From an uncultured delta proteobacterium (lineage in GTDB: Bacteria; Desulfobacterota; Binatia; UBA9968): a stretch of DNA of 64,000 nucleotides. The notes under the pieces are model-generated. The model ran no database searches. It had not been told where the DNA came from and worked only from the letters and a program-made list of their open reading frames with translations. The translations under genes were made by a program, and so were the position numbers. The stretch spans positions 1 to 64,000 of the forward strand of contig CAVUZH010000019.1 in the NCBI GenBank assembly GCA_963745835.1, written 5' to 3'. This document shows positions 51,871 through 62,687 of the stretch, piece after piece. Numbering within the stretch: position 1 is the stretch's first letter; every line of letters starts with the position of its first letter.

Positions 51871-52613
51871 TGGCTCAACTCCTTACGTAGCGCCAAACGG
51901 TGGGCAAGCAGAGCCGAGCCGATGAACAGCAAATGGCCGGCGAAATGGACCGTGCTGGCGGGCCATTTATATCCGGCGATACCTAGCGGCGGAAATTCCT
52001 GCCGGGACAGAATCGACAAGAGGAAGGCGATGGGGTTGAGCGGCAGGTAGACGAGCAGTGAGAGGATCGTCAAGACAAAGAAAAACGAGCGAATGAACAC
52101 TTGGCGGCTTTCGGCACGGCGCTCCCATAACGTTAATGCGAACAACCCCCAGGTGGCGTAACCCCATGCATAGAAAAACAACAGCCCGAAGGTAAGCGCC
52201 ACCATCGAAACCGGTGTCCGCGCAATGGCGGCTGCCCAGATCAACAATGGCGCGCACAGGAGCAGAGAAAGCGCGACGTGCAACGATAGAAACAAAAGCT
52301 GCGCCTGAGCGATGGCGGCAATCGGTTGGCCGTTTTCACGATGCCAGCGTTTCAGTGTCCGGAATCTCCAGGAAGCAAACTCCTGATTCGCCACCCGCAT
52401 CGCGAAATAGATTGTGAGCAACAAGGTCGTCACCGCGGTGACCTTGAAAAGACTCGCCGAACCGCTCCACATCTGCGCATCCAGCGAGGGCAAGTAAAGC
52501 GACAGAAACTCGACCGGCGCAAGGATCACCAGAATATAAAAATAAACCGCGAACCCATGCCCCTCGACGAAAAAAATATCGATGCTTTCGCGCAAAACCG
52601 GATTGCTATTCAT
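51867..52613 (-). CDS. Six-TM membrane protein (ABC-2 permease-like)
   Basis: NPVLRE N-terminus, about six hydrophobic segments, LNP motif; overlapping start/stop with both neighbours. Confidence 0.6.
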   Translation of the reverse strand: MNSNPVLRESIDIFFVEGHGFAVYFYILVILAPVEFLSLYLPSLDAQMWSGSASLFKVTAVTTLLLTIYFAMRVANQEFASWRFRTLKRWHRENGQPIAAIAQAQLLFLSLHVALSLLLCAPLLIWAAAIARTPVSMVALTFGLLFFYAWGYATWGLFALTLWERRAESRQVFIRSFFFVLTILSLLVYLPLNPIAFLLSILSRQEFPPLGIAGYKWPASTVHFAGHLLFIGSALLAHRLALRKELSQ

Positions 52614-54643
52614 TCATCCTCCGGCCCGGGCAATGGAATGATCGCCCGAAATAATGTGTAATCATGGGCGTAGATGCGCGAGTCATCGACACTAACCCGC
52701 TGTTCCGAGTCTTTTACCCAGCCGAAAAAAATCGCGGCGCCGGTGTTCCATCGCGACGCCTCACCGTCGCGCGGAAAAAAAGAAGAATGAAACAAGATGT
52801 CACGGGTTTTATCCTTGAAAGACAAATCACGCAGGCTGAGTGCATCGCCGCGGCTCGATTGATTTGCCTCAGGTGCCTCTCCGGCATTCAACGAAAAAAC
52901 TTTGCTCCATCGCGAACCTCGCGTGATTTCGTTCAGAGCATGACGCGCGCCGGGTAACACCAACCAGCAGTCCACAAGATCTTTGCCGCTTTGGTTATCG
53001 ATTTTCATCACCAGCTTATCGCCTTGAATGTCAAATTCCGCGCGCAATGGAAAGCGGTCGATGAAGCGCATGCGGAAGAGCCTATAATCCCACTCGCGCA
53101 GCGGTAAACGAAAGCGGCTGGAACCGCTGTCATCCTGCAGCAACAGCGCTTCTTGCGTCCGATCTTTCGCCGGGTTCGACACCGGCGCCATATCGAGCCA
53201 ACCACGAGCCAATTGAAGGTTGTACTGGCGGATTTGAGTTGAAAACATGGCCATGTTCAATTGCGCTTCCACGTAGCCGTCGGCAACACTATCAAGCACG
53301 GTGGAAGATAGAAGCACTCCGTCAGGGACATTACCGCCGCGGCTAAACAACGGATACCCCGCCGCCGCGGCAAGGCCGACGACTATCACCAGGCAGATGA
53401 TGATTTTGCGCGCCGGCAAACGACTCTTCTGCCACAGCCAGGCTAACGTACCGAGAGCCGCGAAATAACCGATCACGGCTAGCAACAAGGAACGCGTCGG
53501 CACATAAGTCGAGATAAATGATGGGCTGATGATAATCTGAGAAAAGATCGAATCGTCCCAACGGGTTCGCGGCGACAGCGCATCCTCGGCGACCGGAAGT
53601 ACAAGGTTGCGCAGAAGCTTGGGCAGACCGTCCCATTGAGCCATTGGAGGTCGTCCAAGATCGAGGGCAAAGTAGGTGATCCGGCCCTTGCCCCGGCTCT
53701 TCTCAACCAGAAGCGGAATTCCCGCCGATTCCAGGATAACTTTACCATCCAGCAAGCTTGAAACCTGTGTCCAGACGTCGGCTATCGGGGTTACCGGTTC
53801 ACCTTGGACATTTTGCGGAGCGAAAGAGATCCGTTCGCTGCCGGTGACCCGCACAGGCAGAAAGCGGCTGAGTGATGTCTCCTGATACAGCGCATGGTTG
53901 AGGCTGCCTATGATGACCATCCTACCGCCGGCGGTGAGCCAGCTTTCCAAGGCAAACAGCTGCGAGCGCGAGAGCTCGCGCAAGGATTGGTCATATAGAA
54001 TCAAGTGTGAAACGCCAAGCAGAGCTCGCGGATCCGAAGGTAGTTCGCTCAATGAAACAGCGACCAAGCGATTGGTCATCGCCGATCCCAAAGAGATCGA
54101 GAGGGAACTGGCTTCACTCACCAGCAGCATGACCGGCGACGGCGAGAAGTAGCGCCGCAGATCCAACTCGCGCGACGCGCTTCCGGCGGGGCTGTTAAAA
54201 GAGATCAGCAGCGGGCGGCTGATGAAATCGGGATCGACAGTAAGTTGAATGGTTTTCCGCGAATGGCCGGAAACGAAAAGATCCCTGCGATAATGAAGCG
54301 GATAAGGAACGCCGCTCTTGGCGGCGCCGCCTTTCCAAACCTGAACTTCCAAAAAGCCGTCGGCGGGACGGCCGGAGTTAGTGACTTCGAGTTCCAGCGG
54401 GAACGGACGTCCGAGCTGAAATACGCCGTGAAAGCCGACGCGCGCTTCGATCGATATTTCGGCGTAACTGGAAGAAGAGAAAAGAAAACTCGATAGAAAG
54501 CAGCCTATAAGAGCGGTTAATCGCCAGCGGGCCCGAAATGATTTAGACGGAAGGTTAGGCCGCGCCAAAACCGCCCGCCGCGGCCAACCTACTAGTTGGC
54601 CGCGGCTAAAAGCTTGAGCTGCCGTTCGGGCTGAAAAGGACAT
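52610..54643 (-). CDS. Exported membrane-anchored protein with a glutamine-amidotransferase-like domain
   Basis: Signal-like segment, LSRSQLFALESWLTAGGRMVIIG, GKGRITYFALD, two central TM helices; start uncertain. Confidence 0.65.
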   Translation of the reverse strand: MSFSARTAAQAFSRGQLVGWPRRAVLARPNLPSKSFRARWRLTALIGCFLSSFLFSSSSYAEISIEARVGFHGVFQLGRPFPLELEVTNSGRPADGFLEVQVWKGGAAKSGVPYPLHYRRDLFVSGHSRKTIQLTVDPDFISRPLLISFNSPAGSASRELDLRRYFSPSPVMLLVSEASSLSISLGSAMTNRLVAVSLSELPSDPRALLGVSHLILYDQSLRELSRSQLFALESWLTAGGRMVIIGSLNHALYQETSLSRFLPVRVTGSERISFAPQNVQGEPVTPIADVWTQVSSLLDGKVILESAGIPLLVEKSRGKGRITYFALDLGRPPMAQWDGLPKLLRNLVLPVAEDALSPRTRWDDSIFSQIIISPSFISTYVPTRSLLLAVIGYFAALGTLAWLWQKSRLPARKIIICLVIVVGLAAAAGYPLFSRGGNVPDGVLLSSTVLDSVADGYVEAQLNMAMFSTQIRQYNLQLARGWLDMAPVSNPAKDRTQEALLLQDDSGSSRFRLPLREWDYRLFRMRFIDRFPLRAEFDIQGDKLVMKIDNQSGKDLVDCWLVLPGARHALNEITRGSRWSKVFSLNAGEAPEANQSSRGDALSLRDLSFKDKTRDILFHSSFFPRDGEASRWNTGAAIFFGWVKDSEQRVSVDDSRIYAHDYTLFRAIIPLPGPEDE
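54577..54606. repeat. Perfect 12-bp-stem inverted repeat downstream of greA
   Basis: GCCGCGGCCAAC-ctacta-GTTGGCCGCGGC. Confidence 0.6.
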
Positions 54644-54682
54644 GATCCCTTTCCAGAAAGGCCCGCCCCACTACAGCACAGA

Positions 54683-55171
54683 TCAATCGATGTACTCGAC
54701 GCTTAAAATCTCGAATGAACGCACGCCCGTGGGGGTCTGGACCTGAACCTCGTCCCCCTCGCTCTTGCCGATCAAAGCACGGGCAACGGGAGAACTGATA
54801 GAAATTTTTCCGTTCTTGGGCTCTGCCTCATGATCACCGACGATTTGATATACCACCTTGTCACCGGTGTCGCCATCGGCGAGAGCGACCGTCGCGCCGA
54901 ATACAACCCGATCGCCGGATAGTGTTGAAATATCGATTACCTGAGCGCGCGCCAGGCGGTCCTCGATCTCGCGGATCTGAATATCCAGCAAGGATTGGCG
55001 TTCCTTGGCCGCATGAAACTCGGCGTTTTCAGAAAGATCACCATGACCCCTCGCCTCTTCGATTTCACGAACGTTTTTAGGACGCTCGACACTCTTTAGG
55101 CGCTTTAATTCGTCCATCAAAAATTGATATCCCCGAGTGGTCATCGGGACACGCTCATCCTGTGTTGCCAT
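54683..55171 (-). CDS. greA: Transcription elongation factor GreA
   Basis: ARGHGDLSENAEFHAAKE, VVFGATV, ISISSPVARALIGK. Confidence 0.96.
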   Translation of the reverse strand: MATQDERVPMTTRGYQFLMDELKRLKSVERPKNVREIEEARGHGDLSENAEFHAAKERQSLLDIQIREIEDRLARAQVIDISTLSGDRVVFGATVALADGDTGDKVVYQIVGDHEAEPKNGKISISSPVARALIGKSEGDEVQVQTPTGVRSFEILSVEYID

Positions 55172-55188
55172 AGATTAAACTCCTATAC

Positions 55189-55222
55189 AAAACAAAACCT
55201 CTCGGGAATGGCTCCTGAGAGG
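55189..55222 (-). terminator. Intrinsic terminator immediately upstream of the greA RBS
   Basis: CCTCTCAGGA-gccat-TCCCGAGAGG-TTTTGTTTT on the minus strand. Confidence 0.68.
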
Positions 55223-55363
55223 CTCTCGCTCGATCGCTCCACCTTCCTACCCGTGAAGCGCCATTTTCTACGGATGCTAGCATCCCCGACGGTTAATTCA
55301 ACTCTCGCGAAGCACCCCTAACGGATCATCGCCATACTTGCGGAGGGTCCGTCGACGGAGGAA

Positions 55364-56341
55364 TCAGGCGCGTTTTACAGGGCCGAAAACATGGCAGGCG
55401 ACGCCATGAAAATCGGTATCGAAATCCAATGGCGGCTCCATCTGATCACAAATTGGCGCGCGGTAGGCGCAACGCGGATGAAAAGCACACCCCGACGGAG
55501 GATTCACCGGACTGGGCACATCACCTTGCAACAGCACCCGTTCCTTTTTTCCATCCATGTCGGGGATCGGCACGGATGACAGCAACGCTCGCGTATACGG
55601 ATGCTTGGCGTCCCGATAAATGGTATCGCTTTGGGCAATTTCCACCACTTTGCCCAAGTACATGATCGCTACCCGGTGGCTGATATGCTCGACCACCCGC
55701 AGGTCATGCGAGATAAACAGGTAGGTCAAATGCATCCTCTCTTGCAGCTCCTGCAACAGATTGATGATCTGCGCCTGAATCGAAACATCCAGTGAAGAGA
55801 CCGGTTCGTCGCAGACAATAAACTTGGGACCGACACCCAGCGCCCGGGCGATGCCGATGCGCTGCCGTTGACCCCCGCTGAACTCATGCGGGTAACGGTC
55901 ATAATGGTCCTCGCGCAAACCGACTTGACGAAGCAGTTCGATGACCCGGTCTCGTTTGGCCTTGCCCCTGGCGATCTTGTGAATTTCCAGCCCCTCGCCG
56001 ACGATATCACCGACCCGCATCCGCGGATTGAGAGACGCATACGGATCCTGAAAAATAATTTGCATCTGCCGCCGCATATCGCGCAGCTCGCGCTGCGACA
56101 TGGCCAATAAGTTTTTGCCTTCGAAGTAAACTTCACCATCGGTTGGTTCAATCAGCCGCAAGATGGCGCGTCCCAAGGTTGACTTGCCGCAACCGGACTC
56201 CCCGACCAGACCCAACGTCTCGCCTTGTTCGACCCTAAGATTGACGCCGTCGACAGCTTTAACCACGTCTTTGTTGCGCGAAAATAGCGCTTGGCCGACT
56301 GGAAAATGTTTTTTGAGATTGCGGATTTCTAACAGACTCAT
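55364..56341 (-). CDS. Oligo/dipeptide ABC transporter ATP-binding protein (OppF/DppF)
   Basis: [48 protein letters not shown]. Confidence 0.93.
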   Translation of the reverse strand: MSLLEIRNLKKHFPVGQALFSRNKDVVKAVDGVNLRVEQGETLGLVGESGCGKSTLGRAILRLIEPTDGEVYFEGKNLLAMSQRELRDMRRQMQIIFQDPYASLNPRMRVGDIVGEGLEIHKIARGKAKRDRVIELLRQVGLREDHYDRYPHEFSGGQRQRIGIARALGVGPKFIVCDEPVSSLDVSIQAQIINLLQELQERMHLTYLFISHDLRVVEHISHRVAIMYLGKVVEIAQSDTIYRDAKHPYTRALLSSVPIPDMDGKKERVLLQGDVPSPVNPPSGCAFHPRCAYRAPICDQMEPPLDFDTDFHGVACHVFGPVKRA

Positions 56342-56395
56342 AGTTACTACCAGAATCAGAAGAGGACGGAGAGGAGCCGCCGGGCTTGCCTTTTT

Positions 56396-57423
<1,028 letters not shown>

Positions 57424-57766
57424 TTACTCGGTCTCGCGCAGGCGAATCAAGCAACAAAAAGTGATTTGTCGAAACAACATATCATCTAAACCGCGCACGG
57501 CGAAGAGTGCGGCAGGATTTTGACCCAGCCGGCAAAATAAGCGGATATTACTTGGGCTGGAGCTATTGTCAAGTTAAGGAATGATATCAGCGGGGGCCTA
57601 GGTAAAATCACGCGTTCAGTTTCGCTACGAACCTCTTCTAGCGAAAGTGGTATCACAGATCTTAAGTTCACCCAGAACGCTCGAACCAGGATGATTGGCT
57701 GGCGAACAGCCGCAGATTCTCATTCTCACCTTCTATTTTCCATCAGCCGTACGCCTGCACGCATGT

Positions 57767-58828
57767 CTACTTCGCAGGGTAGGTCTTCGCCAGCTGATCG
57801 ATAAAACCGCTTTCATCTAACCGGCGCAGGATCCGATCGTCGATCATATCTTCTACCTTGACCTTGTCGAGAGCAGGGTTACGGATCTTCATCAACCGCT
57901 GGATGTTGCGCAGTCCCTCGATGACCGGGTAAGGTTTTCGTTCCACACCGTTGATCACGTCCTGGTAGCCATCTTCGGCTACCGATGCGTCCGCCAGTTT
58001 AAGACGCTTGGTAATGGTCGCGAGAACGGCGCTCTTATTTTTCGGCGCGAGACAAAAGGCTATGCTTTCCAAAAGTCCCTTCATGACACCTTCCATGGTC
58101 TCGCGCTGCTCTTGAAGGAAAACGCCGCGAGCCACCAGTCCCTGAGAGGAAAACGGAATGTTGGCCTTTTGCAGCTCGGCTAGGATTGTGAAGCCCTTCT
58201 GCTTCAATCGCCGGCTAAAAACTCCATCCAGCACCGTCACATCGATTTGACCGCCCTCAAGAGCCTGCGTGGCCACCGTTTGATCGCCGATCACGAGGAA
58301 AGTGATATTGTCCCTTTTAGCTTCTAGGCCCAAGTGCTCCAGTCCGAGCATGGCACCGAGCCAGACAGTTCCCGCCAGCGTCTGCACTCCGAAGCGTTTG
58401 CCGCGCAGATCTTTGGGCGTTTTGATGTTCGGGGCCGCGACCATGTCGTAGCCCAGACGATTAGTGAGGGAGCCGATGATCTTTAAATCGGCTCCGCCGG
58501 CTACCGCGGTCAGCACAGTGGTCCCACCCGTGTATGCGGCGTGCACGTCTCCCGCCGTTAGAGCTGCGACGAGGACCGGCGCCTGGCGGATAAAAATTGC
58601 ATTCACGGAAACGCCCTGCTTGGCGAAAAAGCCGAGGTCTTCGGCAACCCAGAGAGGCGCCACCCTAGCGTTCATCGCCGCGTGGCCGATCACGAACTTA
58701 CGAGGCGCTGATGCGGCCTGCAACGGGAAGCATAGGATCGCCAGCAGAAGTTTTGTTCCGACAAAGACAAGCATGATGCGCACTAACTCAGTCATGCAAC
58801 GTACCCCTTTATGCTTGGCGCCAAGCAA
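57767..58828 (-). CDS. ABC transporter substrate-binding protein, NMT1/SsuA/THI5-like (orphan)
   Basis: PLWVAEDLGFFAKQG, DLRGKRFGV, C-terminal ILRRLDESGFI; start uncertain. Confidence 0.85.
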   Translation of the reverse strand: MLGAKHKGVRCMTELVRIMLVFVGTKLLLAILCFPLQAASAPRKFVIGHAAMNARVAPLWVAEDLGFFAKQGVSVNAIFIRQAPVLVAALTAGDVHAAYTGGTTVLTAVAGGADLKIIGSLTNRLGYDMVAAPNIKTPKDLRGKRFGVQTLAGTVWLGAMLGLEHLGLEAKRDNITFLVIGDQTVATQALEGGQIDVTVLDGVFSRRLKQKGFTILAELQKANIPFSSQGLVARGVFLQEQRETMEGVMKGLLESIAFCLAPKNKSAVLATITKRLKLADASVAEDGYQDVINGVERKPYPVIEGLRNIQRLMKIRNPALDKVKVEDMIDDRILRRLDESGFIDQLAKTYPAK

Positions 58829-58910
58829 TCAAATTTCTCAGCCGGCCATGGTATCGATTCTCGTCTGCTTACCTTGCAGGCCCGCATCGACGACCGTGCC
58901 TTGCGCTGCT

Positions 58911-59681
58911 CTACTTGACGAACTGCTCCTTGGGAAAGTTCGCGGTGGCGACAACACCGCCATCCACGACTAAGGGATGGCCATAGATGAAATCAGAATC
59001 GTCGCTGACCAGAAACAGCGCAGCCTTGGCTTGATCCTCTGCCGTCCCCAACCGGCCGGCGAGATTCTCGAAAATCCTGCTGCCGGCAACGTCGTCGTCA
59101 TAGCCTACCGGCGAACCTGAACGGTTTGGCACCACGCAATTGACGCGAATCCTGTACGGCGAAAGCTGCACAGCCATGGCGCGGGTCAGGTTGATGACGC
59201 CGCCCTTGGCCGCTGCATAAGCAATGCCGTCGGTGCGACCGAGCATGCCAGAAGTCGAGCCGAAGTTGACGATTTTTCCGCCGCGCCCCTGTTTGGCCAT
59301 TTGCGCAGCAACGTGTTTCGTTACCAGATACGGCCCCTTCAGACTCACCGCAATCACTTTGTCGAACTCCTCTTCGCTGCTAGTGAGAATATCGGCACGA
59401 TCCGTAAGAGCCGCATTATTGATGAGGATGTCGATACCGCCAAAACGCACCACGACTTTTTGAACCATCTGTTGCACGTCACTTGCTTTGGCGACGTCGC
59501 AGAGCACAAGCATGGCTTCGTGGCCGCTGTTCTCGAGCTCCTGGACCACCGCCTTGCCGCGGCCTTCATGCATCTCTATGACCGCAATTTTCGCTCCCTC
59601 GTCAGCGAATAATTTGGCGATAGCCTTGCCGATATTTCGTCCGGCGCCGGTAACCACCGCCACTTGGTTATTCAATTTCAT
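58911..59681 (-). CDS. Short-chain dehydrogenase/reductase
   Basis: TGAGRNIG, NNA, YAAAK catalytic motif, VDGG. Confidence 0.93.
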   Translation of the reverse strand: MKLNNQVAVVTGAGRNIGKAIAKLFADEGAKIAVIEMHEGRGKAVVQELENSGHEAMLVLCDVAKASDVQQMVQKVVVRFGGIDILINNAALTDRADILTSSEEEFDKVIAVSLKGPYLVTKHVAAQMAKQGRGGKIVNFGSTSGMLGRTDGIAYAAAKGGVINLTRAMAVQLSPYRIRVNCVVPNRSGSPVGYDDDVAGSRIFENLAGRLGTAEDQAKAALFLVSDDSDFIYGHPLVVDGGVVATANFPKEQFVK

Positions 59682-59746
59682 TTGTTTCTCCTTCTGTCAC
59701 TCGAGCTCTACTGTGACTTAACAATTTTGAACGGCTCGTCTCGTGT

Positions 59747-60295
59747 TCAGATCCTGAACTCTTCCGGCGCGCTTGCCGTTGCGATATCGAACGTATTGAG
59801 CGTGCACGCAAGCATCGCATAGTAACCGACCGTGGCAGTGAGCTCGACCAGGCCGCGCTCCCCGAGTCGAGCATACAACGCCTGAAAGGTAGTTTCGTTG
59901 ACCCGGTGCGCGCGCAACAATTCGCGGACGAAACTGACGATCTGTGCGTCTTCGAAGGTGAAATCGGCGGCATCTTTGTATTGATGAACGGCGCGGATGA
60001 TATCCAGGGAAATACCTGCCTTCTGCGCGTGATTTACATGAGCGGCCCATTCATGCCTGCATTGAAGCTCACGGGCCGATACCAGCGCGGCCAGTTCTAT
60101 GATCTTCGGGTCCAAACTCGATTGGAAACGCACGTAACTGCCCAGATGCGCAGTGCGACCGGCAAGCTCAGGGCTGTGCAGGAGAGCCAGAAACGGTCCG
60201 CCGACTACGCCGCGGCTTTGCGCAATCGCGTCATAAATCGATTGGTGTTCCGGCTGCAAGTCTTCTTTCTTCTCAATGATAGCGATTCGGGCCAT
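59747..60295 (-). CDS. Carboxymuconolactone decarboxylase / AhpD-like family protein
   Basis: GPFLALLHSPEL, ELAAL..AR...HEWAAH, LVELTATVGYY. Confidence 0.85.
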   Translation of the reverse strand: MARIAIIEKKEDLQPEHQSIYDAIAQSRGVVGGPFLALLHSPELAGRTAHLGSYVRFQSSLDPKIIELAALVSARELQCRHEWAAHVNHAQKAGISLDIIRAVHQYKDAADFTFEDAQIVSFVRELLRAHRVNETTFQALYARLGERGLVELTATVGYYAMLACTLNTFDIATASAPEEFRI

Positions 60296-60594
60296 GGCTC
60301 TTTCTCTCCTTTAGCTGGTGCTATGCGAAATTTTGACTCTCCGCCGGCGCGTCTTTCGGACCATCATGCGCGCTGGACGCTTTGCCGCTTGTTTGCGCCC
60401 CCAAGCGGTTCTTAAGCCTTGCCTCTATGCGGTAAATTTCTTCTCTTTAGCCGTGTCACTACGCATTACTATACCGTTCCGCCGCTCCTGTGAAAGGCGA
60501 GCGGATTCGCAAGATCGTCGCAGCGCGCCTGGCGTCGATAACGGAAGTTGAATAAGAATTTGAACTTGGGACCGAATTAGCAGAAACAGCGCGA

Positions 60595-61659
60595 TCAGCG
60601 CAAGCCCCGCAGCCGAGGATCAAGGACCTCGCGCAAGCCTTCGCCGACGAGATAATAGGCGAGCACGGTGATGAAAATGGCAAAACCAGGAAACACCGCG
60701 AGCCACCAAGCAAAAGTCGTGGTACTGGCTTCCTGTAAAATAGAACCCCAGGTGACCAGCTCTGCAGGCACGCCGATGCCGAGGAAGCTCAGACTCGACT
60801 CCACCAAAATCGCACCGGCGATGCCGAGCACGACGGAAACAATGACCGGGGCCAAGGCGTTCGGCAAGATATGCTTGAACATGACTTTTCGATTAGCCAC
60901 TCCAAGCGCGATGGCCGATGTCACGTAATCCTGACTTCTGATTCGGAGAAACTCATTGCGAGTAAAACGCGCGATACCGACCCAACTGGTTGCCCCGATA
61001 ATTGCCATGGTCAGAAAGATGCTCGGCGGCAGCAGCGCTGCCACAGTGATCAGAAGAAAGAATGTCGGGATCGACAGCATGATCTCGAACAATCGCGAGA
61101 TCACCAGGTCCACCCAACCGGCAAAGTAACCGGCGATGGCGCCAAGAACCAGACCGATGATCACCGCAATCCCGACCGCAACAAAGCCGATCGAAAGAGA
61201 GATTCGCGACCCATGGATCATTCCTGCCATGACATCGCGTCCCAGCTTGTCCGTGCCAAGCCAATGCTTTCGCGAAGGCGGCTCGAGCGGCTCGAGTAAA
61301 TTGATGTTGGTCGGCCGATATGGAACGGGCGGAAAAAGCGCTTGAGCGCGGTCAAGTTTTTTGAAATCCACATTTAGCAACTCCGGCGGCCAATGACCGA
61401 GTCCAGCGCCAACCATGTAGCTGCGGAAAATCGGAAAGTAAGTTTTCTCGCCGTAACGCAGGTAATAGGGCTTGTCGTTGGCGAGGAAATCAGCAAACAA
61501 CGCCATGAATGCCAGAACACAAACGACGTAAAATCCCGTGATGGCGATCGGGTTGCTCTTAAAACGTTTCCAAACGTCGCGCCATAGCCCGCCCGACACT
61601 GTGATCTCGGCCATTGTCAGTTCTTCTGCAGCTGCTGGGTTGGTTTGCACCGTGCTCAT
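60595..61659 (-). CDS. Peptide ABC transporter permease (OppC/DppC)
   Basis: HWLGTDKLGRDV, G.RISL, KHILPN, ESSLSFLG. Confidence 0.93.
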   Translation of the reverse strand: MSTVQTNPAAAEELTMAEITVSGGLWRDVWKRFKSNPIAITGFYVVCVLAFMALFADFLANDKPYYLRYGEKTYFPIFRSYMVGAGLGHWPPELLNVDFKKLDRAQALFPPVPYRPTNINLLEPLEPPSRKHWLGTDKLGRDVMAGMIHGSRISLSIGFVAVGIAVIIGLVLGAIAGYFAGWVDLVISRLFEIMLSIPTFFLLITVAALLPPSIFLTMAIIGATSWVGIARFTRNEFLRIRSQDYVTSAIALGVANRKVMFKHILPNALAPVIVSVVLGIAGAILVESSLSFLGIGVPAELVTWGSILQEASTTTFAWWLAVFPGFAIFITVLAYYLVGEGLREVLDPRLRGLR

Positions 61660-62687
61660 TGTTGTCGTCGACCAAAGACGATGCGCGGGTCCACTGCTGC
61701 AAGAAGCAGATCGGAGATCAGAATGCCGATCAGCGTAAGAAGCGCGCTCACCGTAAAGAGCGCCAGCACCGTGGGATAGTCTCGCGCCAAGACCGATTCA
61801 AAACCAAGCTGTCCAAGCCCGGGAATCGAAAAAATCGTTTCGATAATGACGCTGCCGCCAATCAGCCCCGGCAGGATGGATGCTAATATGGTTACCTGCG
61901 GGATCAGGGAATTGCGCAACACATGCTTGAAAATGACCCTCTTCTCCGAAAGTCCTTTAGCTCGCGCGACCTGGACATAATCCTGCGCGAGCACTTCCAG
62001 CATGCTCGCCCGCATATAGCGCGACAAGCCGGCAAAGCCATCGTACGAGAGCAGAACAACCGGCAAAAATATGTGCCAGGCGCGATCTTGGAGTTTTCGC
62101 CAGATCGGCCAGTTATCGGAGAAATCAATCGACTCCAAGCCGCCGGGCGGAAACAGATAGTAAAAATCCCCGCCACAAATAAACACAATGGCCATGGTCG
62201 CGGCCCACACCAATGGCACAGCAAACAAAATGAAAGCCGCCAACGTCGTGACCTGGTCGCCCCAGGAATTTGGATGGGTCGCCGAGTAGACGCCCAAAGG
62301 AATGGCGACTAGATAAACCACCACTATCGACCAAAAATTTAATTTAACTGTAACCGGCAGGCGCTCGGCGATCTTCGACCAAACCGACTGATTGTCTTTG
62401 AAGGATTCGCCGAAGCTTAGCGTGGCGATATTTTTAAGCCAGACCAGGTATTGGACGTGAAGCGGTTTATCGAGTCCGTACTGCGCGCGCCACTGCGCAA
62501 TGGCTTCGTCGACCGAGCCACGTTTCTCCACCGATATTCCTCCCCCTGCTGCTGCGCCAAGACCGCCTGCCGCGCGCAGTTCCGCGGGATCTCCGGGCGC
62601 AAGGCGCATGATAAGAAATCCGATGAGGGTAATGCCGATGAATGTAGGTACCATCAGCAACAGGCGCTTTATGAGATAGCCGGTCAT
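61656..62687 (-). CDS. Peptide ABC transporter permease (OppB/DppB)
   Basis: APGDPA, YGLDKP, ARAKGL..KHVLRNSLIP, ETIFSIPGLG, RDYP. Confidence 0.93.
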   Translation of the reverse strand: MTGYLIKRLLLMVPTFIGITLIGFLIMRLAPGDPAELRAAGGLGAAAGGGISVEKRGSVDEAIAQWRAQYGLDKPLHVQYLVWLKNIATLSFGESFKDNQSVWSKIAERLPVTVKLNFWSIVVVYLVAIPLGVYSATHPNSWGDQVTTLAAFILFAVPLVWAATMAIVFICGGDFYYLFPPGGLESIDFSDNWPIWRKLQDRAWHIFLPVVLLSYDGFAGLSRYMRASMLEVLAQDYVQVARAKGLSEKRVIFKHVLRNSLIPQVTILASILPGLIGGSVIIETIFSIPGLGQLGFESVLARDYPTVLALFTVSALLTLIGILISDLLLAAVDPRIVFGRRQQ

